A DNA stretch of 64,000 nt. It comes from Eledone cirrhosa (taxonomy: Eukaryota). Location of the stretch: positions 8,370,001-8,434,000 of the forward strand of contig OZ024751.1 of the NCBI GenBank assembly GCA_964016885.1, given 5' to 3'. Positions within the stretch are counted from its first letter, which is position 1; each line of letters begins with the position of its first letter. Positions 1 through 14,998 of the stretch are shown here, piece by piece. Below the pieces are notes generated by a model. That model searched no databases and was not told the origin of the DNA. It was given only the letters and a program-made list of their open reading frames with translations. Position numbers and translations under genes: made by a program.

Positions 1-1345
1 CTAATCTCCTTTTGTACTGTCTCAATGCACACTCCCTGATCATTATGTTTAACATCCTGCTCCCATCTTCCTCTCCAGAATGTCTTAGTTTGTTCCGCCT
101 CAGGGATCAAGTCGTTGCCGCTTTATTTCCATTCAAGCTGTCCAAACAACATCTTCTGACTGTTGTCAAACATGCGGTTCTGTCTATACTGACTGACTCT
201 GCTCTAATACCGCCTAATCTTTGCACTTTTTGCAACAATGCGTTGCTTCAGTTCGTCTATGATAATATTTAGCTTTTCCCCCCCTAGTTTTGTACTTTAT
301 TTCCATCTATTTTTAGTGTCTATGTTTTGTAATGTTCCATTCAGTAGGGACTCAAGCTTTCCAATGTTTTTTCTCATTTCCTTGATTTGACCATTCAGTC
401 GTTTCTTCCACCATGTTTCTGATATTTCTTGTTTTTTTTGTTTCCTCTCGTTTTTATGCCAAGTAATGTCCTCACCGCATTTGCTGTTGCTTTTAGGATA
501 TTGTTGCATTGGTGAAGGTTCCTCGCCTCAAGGTATAGGATGACTTTGTTTACCTTAGCTGTTGTTTCTTTTAACTTTTTCCTGTCTACAAATCTTAGGT
601 TCATAGGTTTTCCACTATCATTGTTCATTTGATCTACCACTAAGTTCAGGATATCAACCAAATCTTGTCCTAGTCAGTCAGTATTAATTTCCTCAATCGG
701 CGTATCTTTATTCCATATGTTATGTATTTCAGCATACAGATCATTGTCTGATTTGGATGCTTCCTGGGGTCTCTCAACCTCTTCATCTTCATTCCCACTA
801 GCTCGCTTGCCTGACAAACCCCACTCTCCATTTCCAACTTAATCTCTCTGTTCAGTTCCTCCATTTCCAACTCGCTTATCCATCCATTAGTTCTTATTAC
901 CCGGCCAATTGGCCTGCCCGGCCAATTTTTGTTCATCTAATTTAATAAACCAATCTCGTTCCAGATGTTATGCATCCGTTTCCTATAGCCTTTTCCCACG
1001 GGGTTACTCTTTAAGTAACATTCCATGACAGTTCTATTCAATTCTTTCGTCCAGTTGGTTCTTGTCCCTTTCTTTCTTCTGCTTCCTCCTCCAACACCAG
1101 CGGTATTTGGATGACAGCCAGGTCCCTGCTGCTGGTCCTGGGAGCACTTGCTGGGTGAGAGTGTTTCACATGACGTTCCAGTCTCCTCTTCACCGTTATT
1201 CGAACTGTTTAGGTTCGACATTTAAACACTCATATCGAGGATTGGTAAATGTATGGTTACATAACCACCGGTGATTTCATCACCCCCAGTGATTTCATCA
1301 CCGCCGATGATTTTAGCGTGGACCATCACGCTGTAGACAAACAGA
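1..1345 (-). mobile_element. 5' part of an R4/Dong-clade (restriction-like endonuclease) non-LTR retrotransposon, frameshifted; runs off the window start
   Basis: Broken ORFs 937-1221, 670-936, 395-661 and 297-509 join into RTNWTKELNRTVMECYLKSNP..GYRKRMHNIW...RVIRTNGWISELEMEEL...WWKKRL..QIKEMRK.IGKL, the N-terminus typical of R4/Dong elements. Confidence 0.75.
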
Positions 1346-1606
1346 AATAAATAAACAAACAAATAGATAAACACTTTAAAAAATAAACCAGTTTCATTGT
1401 AATGTTTGAATGTCTGACTTAGTTTTTTTGTTTGTTTGCTTTTTTTTCCTTTTTGTTTTTCAAGGCGAGTAACAACGGTTACTACTGTTGTTGTTGCTGC
1501 TGCTGCTATTTTTGATTTTAGCTACGAGGGAAGTAGGGGTTGTTGCGTTCAAAACTCTTGAAATTTGTTTTTCTTTTATTGTTGCATTTGTTTTTGTCTG
1601 TGTTCT

Positions 1607-1670
1607 GTAATGTACTGGGTAATTGCTGGCCTTGTGCCAACAGTAGAAACAATTAGTATTATTATATTAT
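1607..1670 (+). mobile_element. 3' fragment of the OK-like SINE
   Basis: GTAATGTACTGGGTAATTGCTGGCCTTGTGCCAACAGTAGAAACAATT plus (TAT)n, matching the 3' end of the full copies. Confidence 0.8.
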
Positions 1671-2842
1671 AGTTTAGATTTGACATCGTTTAAACTAAAC
1701 ATGTTTAGAGAGTTTAGACATACAACAACAATAATTTTTTTTTTGTTTGTGTTGTTGTTAGCTGTTTGACGGGGTCACTAAATCAGTCTATTTATATATT
1801 TTTATATCTTTTGGTGACTTCCTCGATTCTAATCATGTGTTGTGGCACTGCTACCATCATTCTCTTAACAGGAGGTAGTGAAGGAATAGTGGTGGTAGCG
1901 ATGATGCAGTGGTGATTGTTGTGATGGGGTAGTAATACTGTAGTGATGGCGTTGTGATGGTGTTGTTGTATCTAGCTAAATTGTTCGTGGTAGAAGTGGT
2001 GGTGGCGGCGGTGGTGATGGTGTTGGTGGTGAAATGATTTGGCTGATTTCTTCCATTTGTGACCATTTGTAACCATTTTCTTTTTTTACTATAACATTTC
2101 TTATACAAAATTAAATATTAAATAGTGGAGCCCTATGCCATAGTTTTATGCGTGCCACTTTCTGAGAGTCAAGACTGGTATCTTATGTCCCATTTGTAAT
2201 AAGAATTATTCTATCACAATTGTTTAAATATGTAAAAAATCAAAATCTTACAGGAGCGATTCCATAACACACTGTCCTCCATGTGCGTATACTTCCCTTA
2301 TTATTATAATTATTTATTATTATTATTATTAATACCGCCATAATATGTACTATTACTATTAACATTATTATAATAACTACGATTGTAATTATTCCACATG
2401 TTTGTGATCACATCATCTGTAGACTTAAGGACATTCATTACTATTATCTATATATTACTAAAATTATGTGACTTGTGCTTGCTTGCTTGCTTGTCTGTAA
2501 TGTAATACAGTCAACAGTGCTTATAAGGGGAAAATACTTTGAAAGGAAGTTTTCGCTGAAATGGGAATACAAATGGAATAAATCGAGTTTCGCGTAAAAC
2601 GAATAACGGGATCCCGAGGTATGGGGCTTTCTGTGTACCTTCATAAACAGAGAAAGAAAAGGATAGAGAAATAGAGATAGTGGTTTTGAGAGAGTAGATT
2701 GAAAGAGAGACATAGAGAGAAGCAGAGGAGATAGTGAAGGAGAATGGAAGAGAGACAGCGCTAGTGATGTTGTTGTGTATATATATATGTGGTGTCTATA
2801 ACCAGTGCATATATATCACAGAGACCCACATATATATACACG

Positions 2843-2916
<74 letters not shown>

Positions 2917-3081
2917 CACATATTTATATATATATACATACACACACGTATATATATATGGGCCTTCCAGTTTCATTTCACAATATATACATGTATGTGT
3001 ATATTTTAATTATTTAAGAATTATTTTTAAGTGAACTTATTTTTTGAAAATAATTTGAATTTAACGTGACCCAACGCTTCA

Positions 3082-3100
3082 TTATTGTTATCGTTGTTGT

Positions 3101-3162
<62 letters not shown>

Positions 3163-3196
3163 CTACTACTACTACTACTATTACTACTACTACTAC

Positions 3197-3233
<37 letters not shown>

Positions 3234-3271
3234 GTTTGTTTTATTATTATTATCATCATCATCATCATCAT
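3082..3271. repeat. Compound trinucleotide microsatellite (CTA)n-(TTA)n-(TCA)n
   Basis: Directly visible; source of the poly-T/L/I ORFs. Confidence 0.95.
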
Positions 3272-5330
3272 CTGTATTACTGGACGTAGGTTAAGAGGCT
3301 TTCTATTGTTTACATCACTAAGAGAGCTTACTGTGGTTGCTGAATTCTATATGGTTTGGGGTTGTGGAGTAAGAGATATTTACATTATGTTTGTTAAGGA
3401 TCCTATGTTACTTAAGGTTGGGTGAGAAGTTTTTCTCGAAGATACTAAAACAGATTTTGGAGTATGGAGGAAGATACCATGAAATATTACGGCGGCGTCT
3501 TCTACGTGGTGCACTGAAATTGGCGCGCTGATTTATGCCATAACGGACCTTTTGCACGCTCCGGCTCTGTTTGCCTTATGTTCTCTAATATCATTGAGGA
3601 TGTTCGCAGGTTTGATTCTATGCTTATTGGTAGGTGTAGGTAGCAGCTCATCTCCATCATTTCGTCTATATGCAGGGGATACATCTTCATTAGTTGCTCT
3701 AATTTTATTTGTGGAGTATGGTTGGTTATTATATCGAGACCTAGCTATTTTATAACTATGATGATACCCCTTGGTGCTATTCAGTTTACCTAAACTAGTT
3801 TTATTATTCTTATCATTGGTAATGTTCTTGCATTGTGTGATTATATTATTACTATCATATGGGATATTAAGAGATTTAATATCATGGATGTAAAATATCT
3901 TATTAATATAGCCTGACGCTTCTTGTGCACTGTTATAACATTGTGCTGTGCTGATAAATATGTTCTCATTGGCCGAAAGCCTTGAAATTCTATGAGAGAA
4001 TGTCTTCACTATAGAGATGAGGATAGAAGGGGGTGGTTGGATGATTTACTAATGTAAGAAAGCACCTCGCGTGGCTTATGACATTGTTGGTATATGCAGG
4101 TATCTATTTCTAATGATACCTCTAGGAAGGTAACTATATTATGATTAATGTCAATGGTAACCGAAAGGCCGTTCGTTTTAAAGAATTGGTGTATATATTT
4201 TCTAATATTTTCTATTCTACGAGGGTTTTACTGTAAATAGATCGTCGTCTGTATATAAACCGCCCGGAAGTGATGGGATTTTCTTTCTAAGACTATAAAG
4301 GAGGTAGATGCCGACAAGGTCCGTTACCTGGCCAGAGATCTCGATCCCGTCGTGTTATCAAAGTTATCGAGGTTGTTGGCCCTGGTCCATTAGGAGCCGC
4401 CGAAGTCGATGATAGTACGCCTAGCGGTAAGTACTATGTGTATTTTGTTTTTAGTTATATTAGGATTAGATTTAGCTAAGATCAAGATTTAGTTCAATAG
4501 GATAGGCGAGATAGAAGCATATAAGTTGTTGTCAATATCGGATTGTAGATATGTTAGTGCTTTTGCTTTCTTTGCCGGTGAACCAATATCTTATGGAACC
4601 AATTAATAACATGATGTGTTACCCCATAATAAAATATTTGCCTTATCCTTTAATTTGGTTATTGTATTATCAAGGATGTGTTTCCTAATTTTACCATTGT
4701 CCGATGTAGATGGGCATATTAATCTAATCGAAGGGTTGTCATAAAAGTTAGCCTTCTGCTCTTTAAGGGAGAATCTAGGTGTTATAGGTTTATAAGGTCA
4801 GTGTATTTTTCAATTTCTAAGTTAGCTACGGAAGTGTTACTCAATCTATTTATGTTTTTTTAAGTTTGCTTACGGGTGTCTTGTCATTTTTACTTAAATC
4901 ATTAGATATAAACAGCTTATATCTATTTACATCAATCTTATACAAGTTTTTAGTCTTGACTCAGATAAAATAAATGTAATTGTCATCCCTTATTTTTTAT
5001 CATAGTGTTCAGTCAGTTGAAAAATGTGTTAGTGCATGTAGATCTTTTTTTTAATCTTAAGTTTCAAAACATGTTCAGTAGATCATTTTTTAAAGAGTCC
5101 AGTAATATGTTATGTAGTGTGTTTCTATACGTTTTGTATCCGTACGTACTCCTAGTTTTTGGGTGTTCAGGTGTTTCTTTATCCATAAGGTAGGCTTTCC
5201 ATCTAACTCTGCATATGCACGAGATGGTAACACAGATATGGACGAGATGGTAGCACAGGTATTGACGTAAGCGACATAAATAGTGGTTGCGTCTCCAGCA
5301 TTTTGGCAACTCATTTACAGAACTCAACTA
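3272..5330 (-). mobile_element. Decayed Penelope-like element: RT plus linker, GIY-YIG end missing
   Basis: Minus-strand motifs across stops and frameshifts: TYGYKT...NDLLNM (~5070-5150), QVTDLVGIYLL (~4300-4333), GLYTDDDL (~4238-4262), RISRLSANENIF...Y...SGY (ORF 3533-4009) and RRRNISWYLPPYS...NKHNVNISYS (~3365-3500). Confidence 0.85.
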
Positions 5331-5356
5331 ATAGGAGTACACTATCTAAGAAATAG

Positions 5357-5492
5357 ACTATTATATAATATATTAGATACCTATAGACGAATCGAATTGT
5401 GCTCAATGCTTAGTCATGCAATATCAACCTCACTATAATATATAACATTGCATTTCTAAGCATTGAGCACATCTAATATATTATATCATAGT
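5357..5492. repeat. Imperfect inverted repeat at the 5' end of the PLE
   Basis: TATAATATATTAGAT..GTGCTCAATGCTTAG..TGCAAT pairs with ATTGCA..CTAAGCATTGAGCACATCTAATATATTATA. Confidence 0.8.
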
Positions 5493-5534
5493 TCTTGTTC
5501 TTCTACTCTTATGATATATGTCTCTTTCTTCGAC

Positions 5535-5570
<36 letters not shown>

Positions 5571-6431
5571 CTGTTTGTGTGCGTGTGTGTGTGTGCATTT
5601 GTGTATGTAAGTATGAATGCATGTAGGTAGGTATGTACGTGTATATGTGTGTAGCACAGTTATCGATTGCGGTGTAAAGTCTAGATATGCGCTGATCAAA
5701 TCCAAATGTTGACAAAGACAGTTTATGAACATCACAATGTATAACAATAAAAACATAAATGACTTCAACCTTTTGTTAATATCTGCCATGAATATTTCTA
5801 AACTGTGAATAAATCTATTTTCCACATCAACTCTATTGAGAAATATCAATTATAGCCGCCTACGAAGTCTAAAATAAAGATCGTAAAAGTTTAGCGCCAG
5901 TATGTCCTAGAAACTATCAAATCCTTGATACAGTTGACTGAAAAGAAGTAATATAAACTAGCTCTTGAGAATTAAGTACCATAGAAGCACATTATCTATT
6001 GGTGCATATCGTCTCTAATTACCACTTCTTCAACGCCGCTTTCAAGAGGAAACATACGTGTCTAGTAAGCGGTGATATAGGTCAGTAATTTTGACAGACA
6101 TTGCAACTATGTATAAGAAAGAACAATAAGAAAATACGTCAAACGATATAATGATATTAGTACTTCTTTATCCACGTCAGATATATATAATAATAAACGA
6201 GCCCCCCTCTAAGAAGTTACTTGACCTGCTACAAAACGCAATTAAATATCCTTCAACTTAACACTTATTTATGGCCCGTAACTCTTCGGGGAGTCGTAAG
6301 GGTGCCATAAACGGGGTTTCTATGGCATAGTCTAACACTGGTGGAGCCCATCTCTCCACGTCAAAATACAGCAGATTTCCCCCAGATAAAAGTAGAGAGT
6401 GAGAGAATGAAAGTGAGAAATTATAGAGGAA

Positions 6432-6583
6432 TAATCGACCACAGTATTAGAGTGGTAATTTTTGTAATATGGACGAATGCACAGTTGACCTCTGTGGAAT
6501 TGGAACTCAGAGAGCAGGGAGCTGGAACAAATAACGCAACGTATTACATCCGACGTTCTAACGATTCTGACAATTCGGCGCCT
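6432..6583 (-). mobile_element. Old diverged OK-like SINE
   Basis: Recognisable GTTGACCTC...GAACTCAGA...CTAACGATTCTG.CAATTCGGCGCC, colinear with the young copies. Confidence 0.6.
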
Positions 6584-7929
6584 TCCTTATTAATGTACCA
6601 CCCACTTTTCTTAAAAATATAAGATATATTATATAATTTAATTCAATACTATCCAACGATATTGGAATGCCCACGACTAGAATGCATCTAATCACGATTA
6701 AGATGGTGGTAAACCATACTGGTAACGAAAGGGATTAAATAATCATATAAGACTGCTGGTTAATAAAATCGTTAAATCGCCCGACAAGTTCCCTTGAAGT
6801 ATTTCGTTACAGGCTTTCACGTCTTGAGTTATCTCCCTCTGCTGTGGCTTTTTGATTTTTGGTATATTTTGTGAAGGTTTTTCTCTCAATTGCATAGATA
6901 AACATGGTTAATAGAGGGTTTCGACTCACTATACTAAATAAGTCTGTCCATATCTTAAAATATATTCTCTTTTTCTTGAACGAATTTATTCGTGTGTAAT
7001 AGAATTATATATGGATCTAACTGCGTCGAAAATTGAAAAACACGTTCCGTAGTAAATATTAATCGGCAGCAACATTATTAATTGTATGCTGTTTTATTCT
7101 ATTTTCTTATCTTGAAATATTGGAATCAACATACTGGTGTCTGGACCTGTGATGATTTGATTACTACTTGAATATTCAATGTTCAATTTGCAGCTAATTA
7201 CGCGTCATCTAAATTTAAAACTAATGTGCCAAAATTGTGTGGACTCGTGAAATATCAAATGTATTTTGGAAAATAATTATTCTATGGTAATAACATCTTT
7301 TTACTTTTTCTTTTCGTTTTTGGTTTCTGGTTGCATATTATAGCTTCGTGATGATAGCGGAGAAGGAAGATACAAACGCGTTCTAGATTAAATAATCTTG
7401 CCACAGTTGTTACTCATAACATTCGTACTACAGCATGGATTTAAAACAATTACCACCAATATACACTACCATGAAAAGCAAACTGAATATACATTTCCAT
7501 CGCAAATAGTATTTCGGTATTTAGTGGGGATAATTAAGCACAAACTTTGAATTGTCGACGTCAATCTATGTCGCATAAAATATTATTTAACATGATGTCC
7601 CTAGAATGGATTAAGGAAAAATATTAGAGCTTTTTTTAATATTAAACAACATATTAATTGACCGGTATCATTTAGATACTTCTCTTCGAATCGGATGATG
7701 TTCGGTTCTCTCTTCATATTCTTTGTCCTTTTAAAATACATACTAGACATAGAGTGGTGTTACTTCACTTTCCCCAACAATCATACGCTCTTACAAAACG
7801 CAGACTTTGCATGTAATTATTTTAATCTTCACATCGAAGACCCGTTGCAGCTATTTCGCTGCAAAATTGTAGAGTATTTCATTTTAAACATTCACATCGT
7901 ACTATTATTTTGGCATTGTTTTATTGTTC

Positions 7930-9159
7930 AAATTTTATCACATAGTAATGACGAAGGCAAATGGACATATATTTATGGGTGATAAATTATTTGAAGTCAG
8001 TGAAATTATTATAAATTCCCTTAGAATTTTTTTGCTGTTTCGGTTTTCAATTACCTTACAAATTGTCTTTGCAACACGTGCTACAAAATTATTATCATAT
8101 TGCTGTAGAAGTGGATTGAAAATTTCTGTCAGAAGCTTAAATGCTGTTCGACGCAACTCAACACCTCATAAATCAGTTTTTGGTCAGATGATTTTGCTGC
8201 AAAAGGAGAAAAAAATACGACTGTAGATAATTTATATTTTGCAAGATAGCTCTCTGATATATATGAGCTCAAATATGATGGTAATAATATGATGCAGGCT
8301 TAAAAAGGCTCAATAAACCAGAAAACAAAAGTGCTCTTGAGGGAACAATGAAATATAGTAACCTATACTTCCTAGTGATGATCCTAATGCACAATAAACT
8401 ATTTATTATTTTTAAATGCCAGATATTTCTAACTACTTGGAATAAGACCATACCATATTCAAATTTATGGCAGTCTCTAAACTATATTCAAACTATTCCA
8501 TTTTATAAAAAGCCATAAATTCTAGCGATCTGCTTTTCATTATTCGTTCACAACAATATTTTGTGGCTCAGAAAGGGTTAAGATAACTGATGGTGATGAG
8601 AGGATGGTAAATTAAAGAATAAAAAAAACTCAAAATGTGTGTCGCCATTATCTGTTTTACTCTGCTTCTAAAAATTCTCCATTAAGATAGAATGTTTAGG
8701 TATTTAGATAAACAACTTTAGTTAAGAGACGGTTGAGTATGGGCTAAAACAATTCTAATAGATGATTTCAATAATGATTTTTATGCTGCAGATATTAATG
8801 TTTTCCTGCGAAGTAACGTTTTTTTTAAAATTAAATTATCTGAGCGTTAATCTGCAATTTTTCCCTCACAGCTACAAAGCAAGTGTATCATATATGAATC
8901 AAATATACAATATATTCTTATAGCATTCAGAAAATCAAGTTTTATGGTTTACCAGGATTCTCCCTAAAAATAATTCACGATGTTTATATTTTTTCGATTG
9001 TTTGTTTCTTTTGCAACACTTGTTCAATCATTGTCATCATTTTTTTTCCCCTTTAATAAACATTCCGTACGCATTGAATCATGTGTGCCGATATGTTCCG
9101 TCGGTGATTTTGTGCGTGGGTGATTGTTTGAGTATATATAGTTAGATTATGAAACACGG

Positions 9160-9252
<93 letters not shown>

Positions 9253-9360
9253 CTCTATCACTCTCTCTCTCTCTCACTCTATCCATCTCTCTATCGCTCT
9301 CTGTCTCTTTCTCTTTCTTTCTCTCTCTCTATATATTTCTCTCTCTCTCTATCTATCTCT

Positions 9361-9394
<34 letters not shown>

Positions 9395-9550
9395 TGTGTG
9401 TGTGTATGTATGCGTATGTAATTCTTGTTTCTGTTATAACTTCTCTAGTATTTCTGTAGGCGTAGGTATAAATTAATTCATATTTTCTTCTATCATGTAT
9501 CATAGCAGCGTACATGCAGCATAATTCATCTATGTATATTATGCATATAC

Positions 9551-9584
<34 letters not shown>

Positions 9585-10520
9585 ATGTGTGTGTGTGTTA
9601 CACTGTGTATATATATATGTGTATTATGAATGTGTGGTGTGTGTGTGTGTGTGTATGTGTAGATGCGAGTGGGTGTTTACATAATACAAAAGGGAGTATA
9701 CAATATACCTATATGTATTATATTAACTTTTCCTTGTGTCTGTTCTGCAATCAACGCCACAGCTTTTAAACGATTCTTCTCCCAGCAAATTTCTCACACG
9801 AGTGATAATCCCTTTATTATCTGACTACATTCACTTCTTTGCTAGTTGATTTAATTATTAGGATAATGCTTACTCTCAGCAGTGGAAGAAATCAAATATA
9901 TTAGATCTGCCTTTAATGTATAATCTAAAAACACTGGATAAATTTATGATTCATCACTTAATGCATGTTTATACCACCTTTGTTATCTCAAACTCAAAAG
10001 ATTTCTTTTTATTTTAGAGGGAGATAATTGTAGATCTTTTGTATATTTTTCCTTGTTCTTTTTCCACGATATTTTCTTCCTGCAGATGGTGGCTTTCTTT
10101 TGATATGAAAACACTCAAAGTTTTATGAAGATATTTTAATATCATAATCGATAGGGTGCAATGTTGCAGAGTATTGTTAACTTGTAAGGAATGTTGCCGC
10201 TTAATCCGATAACAGCTTTCGGGATATTTTCACCTCAATTTCACGCATTTTCTCAAGTATCGAATTAATTTATAAACTACAAATGTTAATAGTAAGAGAA
10301 CATGATTTCGATATTTTCTCGTTGTTCACTACATTAATATCCTCAAAGACTTGGTTATGAGAAGAATCGCACCATTGACTCTCAAGTCATTTGATCCTCT
10401 TGCAATATTTTCTATATTGTTCTATGCACTAAACGTTCTGCTTTCTCCTTATCTCTCTGAATATTTTAATTATACTTTTTTCAGATACAATGCCTTCTTA
10501 AAAACCTTTAAGTTAGTATT
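7930..10520 (-). pseudogene. Possible heavily decayed NACHT (NLR-like STAND NTPase) coding remnant, interrupted by microsatellites
   Basis: Manual minus-strand translation with many stops gives ordered NACHT-like fragments: KATICRKKISW...LLSLR (~10100-9985), RIYCIFDSY (~8900), LLKSSIRIVLAHTQP (~8770-8730), YLNPF (~8575), SLEFMAF (~8515), LLFSGLL (~8320). No intact Walker A. Confidence 0.4.
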
Positions 10521-10603
10521 CATATAAATCCTAACAAGATTCTTAGAAGAGGCGTTACTTTGAAATGGAAGCGAAATACCGTTGTCAGATTATTCATGAT
10601 AAT

Positions 10604-10785
10604 TGTTTCTACTTTTGGCACAAGGCCAGCAATTACCCAGTGTATTACTGGTACTTTATTTTATCGACCCCATAAGGATGAAAGGCAAAGTTAACCTCGG
10701 CGGGATTTGAACTCAGAATGGCAAGGGCCGTAACTCTATGCGTCAAAGCATGGCGTCCGACCCTCTACCGATACTGCCAATCCAC
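10604..10785 (-). mobile_element. OK-like tRNA-derived SINE, full length
   Basis: A box TGGCAGTATCGG and B box GAGTTCAAATCC; 11-bp TSD TTCATGATAAT (10593-10603 / 10786-10796). Confidence 0.92.
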
Positions 10786-11017
10786 TTCATGATAATGACG
10801 CATTCCTTGTCAAAAAAAAAAACTAAAACCATGGGCAGTTATTTAACGCTAGTGCATCTAATGTTAGATAGATAAAGAGCAGAGGTTTAGATATTACATA
10901 TAACCGTTCTAATAAGCGAATCAGTCTCTATGAAATATTCCACTCTGGGATTTCAGATAAACATGAAATAAGAGAAATAGGTACAAAATAAGTATGATTA
11001 ACTTCATAAAACATGGG

Positions 11018-11934
<917 letters not shown>

Positions 11935-12181
11935 CAGATTATGTGTTACATTAACACCAACACTTCAGTATGCAGGGTAGGGTACTCAGCGAATTCCACA
12001 AGAGGTATAATTAAACATTTCATAATTTACTTATTTTGTTACCATTATATATATTCAGGTGATAGCCACAATTCAACAACTCTTCAGACATAACGTTTGT
12101 CTTCGAGAAAATAATATCAGAGAAAAATATAGTTTTTAACGGGCATTTTTATTTTGTGATGTTGTCAGTTGTTGAATGTTG

Positions 12182-12251
<70 letters not shown>

Positions 12252-12427
12252 TTTCCATACTGGAATCCAGGCATCTATTCCGTAGTGAGCACTTATGCTA
12301 TTGTTCTATATAAGTCTTGCTTCGAGTGAATTACTTTCGTATCTACGTACTCTGATTTGTTGACCAGAGGTGAATAATGTATTGTAGATCGAATAAGGCA
12401 ACGGATGCAGCAGTTTATCTAAGTGGT

Positions 12428-13291
12428 AGTAAAGCAAGTGAGTCATTTGGAAGGCTCAACGACCGTCTTTGGTACAGGCGAGGAATCACAATGAGGACCA
12501 AGTTGAGAGTGTATGCTGCATGTGTACTGTCAGCTTTGCTGTATGCATGTGAGACATGGGTTGCCTACAAATTGCACAATACACAGACTGGAACGGTTTC
12601 ACCAGCAGTGTCTCAGAAAGATGCTTGGTATCAAGTGGCAGATGCATGTGAGTGATGTTGAGGTCCTTGAGAGAAGTGAGTGTCGGAGATTTGAGAGTAT
12701 AATCCATCAACGGCGTTTGCGATGGACCGGACACCTCTGCACAATGGAGGATGATCGAATCCCAAAACAACTCTTATATGACGAGCTTTGTTAGGGTAAG
12801 AGACCACCTCACAAGCCAAAGCTCCGATTCAAGGATTGTGTAATGGATTCGTTGAAAGAAACTGGTTTGATGATGGCTGACTGGGAGATAGAAACTCTTG
12901 AAAGAGAAATATGGCGTCGAGTGGTGAATGATGGGGTCCATAATTTTAAGGACAGACGCATAGAGCACGAGAAGACCAAACGGGATGTGCGTAAGCAATG
13001 CCCTGGTGTATCTCTCGAAATGATCGGTGTCTCCATTGAATTGAGCAGATCTGGTCTCAGGAGCCACAATCGCAGCCATGTTCAAAGAGAACCAGTGAAG
13101 TATGATCTCCACGGTGTTGTGAGGGTTCACGGGCAACCTGATGCAGGAGCTCAAGCCAGAGAGACCTATAGCTGCCGTCAGTGTGTGAAGCAGTGCAAGT
13201 CTCTATCAGGCTTGAAGAGCCATATCCGAGCGTCCCGCATCTGAATCTGACAAGCGATTGCTATACTCTTAGCAGAGTTTGCTGACATCAT
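12428..13291 (+). mobile_element. 5'-truncated RTE-clade (BovB-like) LINE, 3' end
   Basis: FGRL...TKLRVYAACVLSALLYACETW, LERFHQQCLRKMLGIKWQ, RRLRWTGH...RIPKQLLY, KPKLRFKD, terminal C2H2 finger CRQCVKQCKSLSGLKSHIR; ends at a TA-rich tail. Confidence 0.9.
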
Positions 13292-13292
13292 G

Positions 13293-13325
<33 letters not shown>

Positions 13326-13331
13326 ATAAAC

Positions 13332-13390
<59 letters not shown>

Positions 13391-13797
13391 AACATCTATA
13401 TATATATATATACATAGACATATATATATATATACTTACACAGAAAGCATGTCATTATCGTATTCTGCTTTCGCTTCAAAGCAGCTTACGTTTCTGCTCA
13501 GGAGGTCAATAAAATACCCTATAATTACATGATTATATAATGTTCTTCATGTCATAATATATAAGCTACTGTTTGTTGTGCAAATTGTAATATTCTGTAT
13601 GAATTATGAAATAAATGACAGTGCGCCATTTTAATTATAATATATATGAGGGTTATACAAGTAATCACAAACGCACATGTGCACTTTCACACACACACAT
13701 ACATCCATATATATATATATTATATTTTGTTGTAAGAGACTATTTTGAGTTCCTAAACCAATATATACCTTTAATATATACATATAAATATATATAC

Positions 13798-13850
<53 letters not shown>

Positions 13851-13914
13851 AACAGCCGTACTAAGAGTGAGAAATGAAATTTCGTTTCATTTTTTCCGTT
13901 TATATATAGATATA

Positions 13915-13945
<31 letters not shown>

Positions 13946-14544
13946 TGATAGAGGGGGTGAGAGATGGAGAAAGATAGAAAAAGTGGCTGTGAGAGGAGCG
14001 ATTAACCTTATACGAAATATATACGCAACTCGGATATATTAAAATGGAAGTTTCAAATTAAGATTAACTGCTGTGTCTCTATAAAATTTTATATCAGACT
14101 TGTCACTATAAATTATAGAATTTGATGAATGCGTTTCTGTAATTGGTTTATGCAAAAATATCACTGGGGAATCTCATTTTTCGGCTGATGTTGGTCGCAT
14201 TATATTTTAAATATAATTGTGTTTACATCAAATTTAATGAAAATGTTTTCCATAGTCACAATTTCAAATAGGAACAAAATATTGTCACAGCTCGAAAATA
14301 TCTAATATTTCACTAGCAATTTGACAATTTGAAATGTTTGCCATAAGAATTTTAGGACAATATTTTTGCAAAACAAATAAAACGGGAACATTTTGAAAAT
14401 TTGGTCCTAAATTTACTTATTTTGTATTCAAGAAATGGCATCGCTAACAATTATATCATTACATTCAATGATGACACTTGAAACCTCACCTCATATCACG
14501 TATATTAAAAGATAAGCTAAACATACACACCTATCCCGTTAATT

Positions 14545-14998
14545 ATTCTTTTTTTTCATTTTTCGGCCCACTTAATCCTGAGAGGATCATGGGGGGCAGG
14601 GTCTTCAAACACTCTCTCCTGCAGGTCCTGTCATAAGCAACAAACTCAAGCTCATCAGGCTAGATCCCAAGCGTGACTAGCCAAGCTCAAGAATTGTATC
14701 CAACCACCTTGCTAGGGGTCTACCCCTGGGTTTCCCATCTGTTGGTGTCGCCCGTAAATTCTGTCCATCGATTCTTTCCTGGAACATTTTAACCACATGC
14801 ACATAGTATCGGAGCTCCGATCTCTCAATTCGGAGAAGTAGTGGCCCTACATCTGAGTGACTCTCTGATCTCCGAACTACGTACTTTATCGAGTAACATT
14901 ACTTCAGAATCCCTTCGGAAGAACCCCAGTTGAGCCGCTTCTATTCACGATATTATTCTTTCGGTCATTCCCTAAGATTCCTGACCATAGGTCAGGGT
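14545..14998 (-). mobile_element. 3' fragment of an RTE-clade (Expander/Rex3-like) LINE
   Basis: Minus translation TLTYGQE..MTERI..IEAAQLGFFRR...LLDKVRSSEIRESL...PLLLRIERSELR...GKPRGRP. Confidence 0.75.

Noticed and set aside
2570-2650. Minus-strand GAAACTCGA motif (also at 52537-52555) as an HHR
   Set aside because: No intact CUGANGA or stem I
12010-12180. CTGAAGA on minus plus an 11-bp inverted repeat
   Set aside because: Stems II and III cannot be formed convincingly
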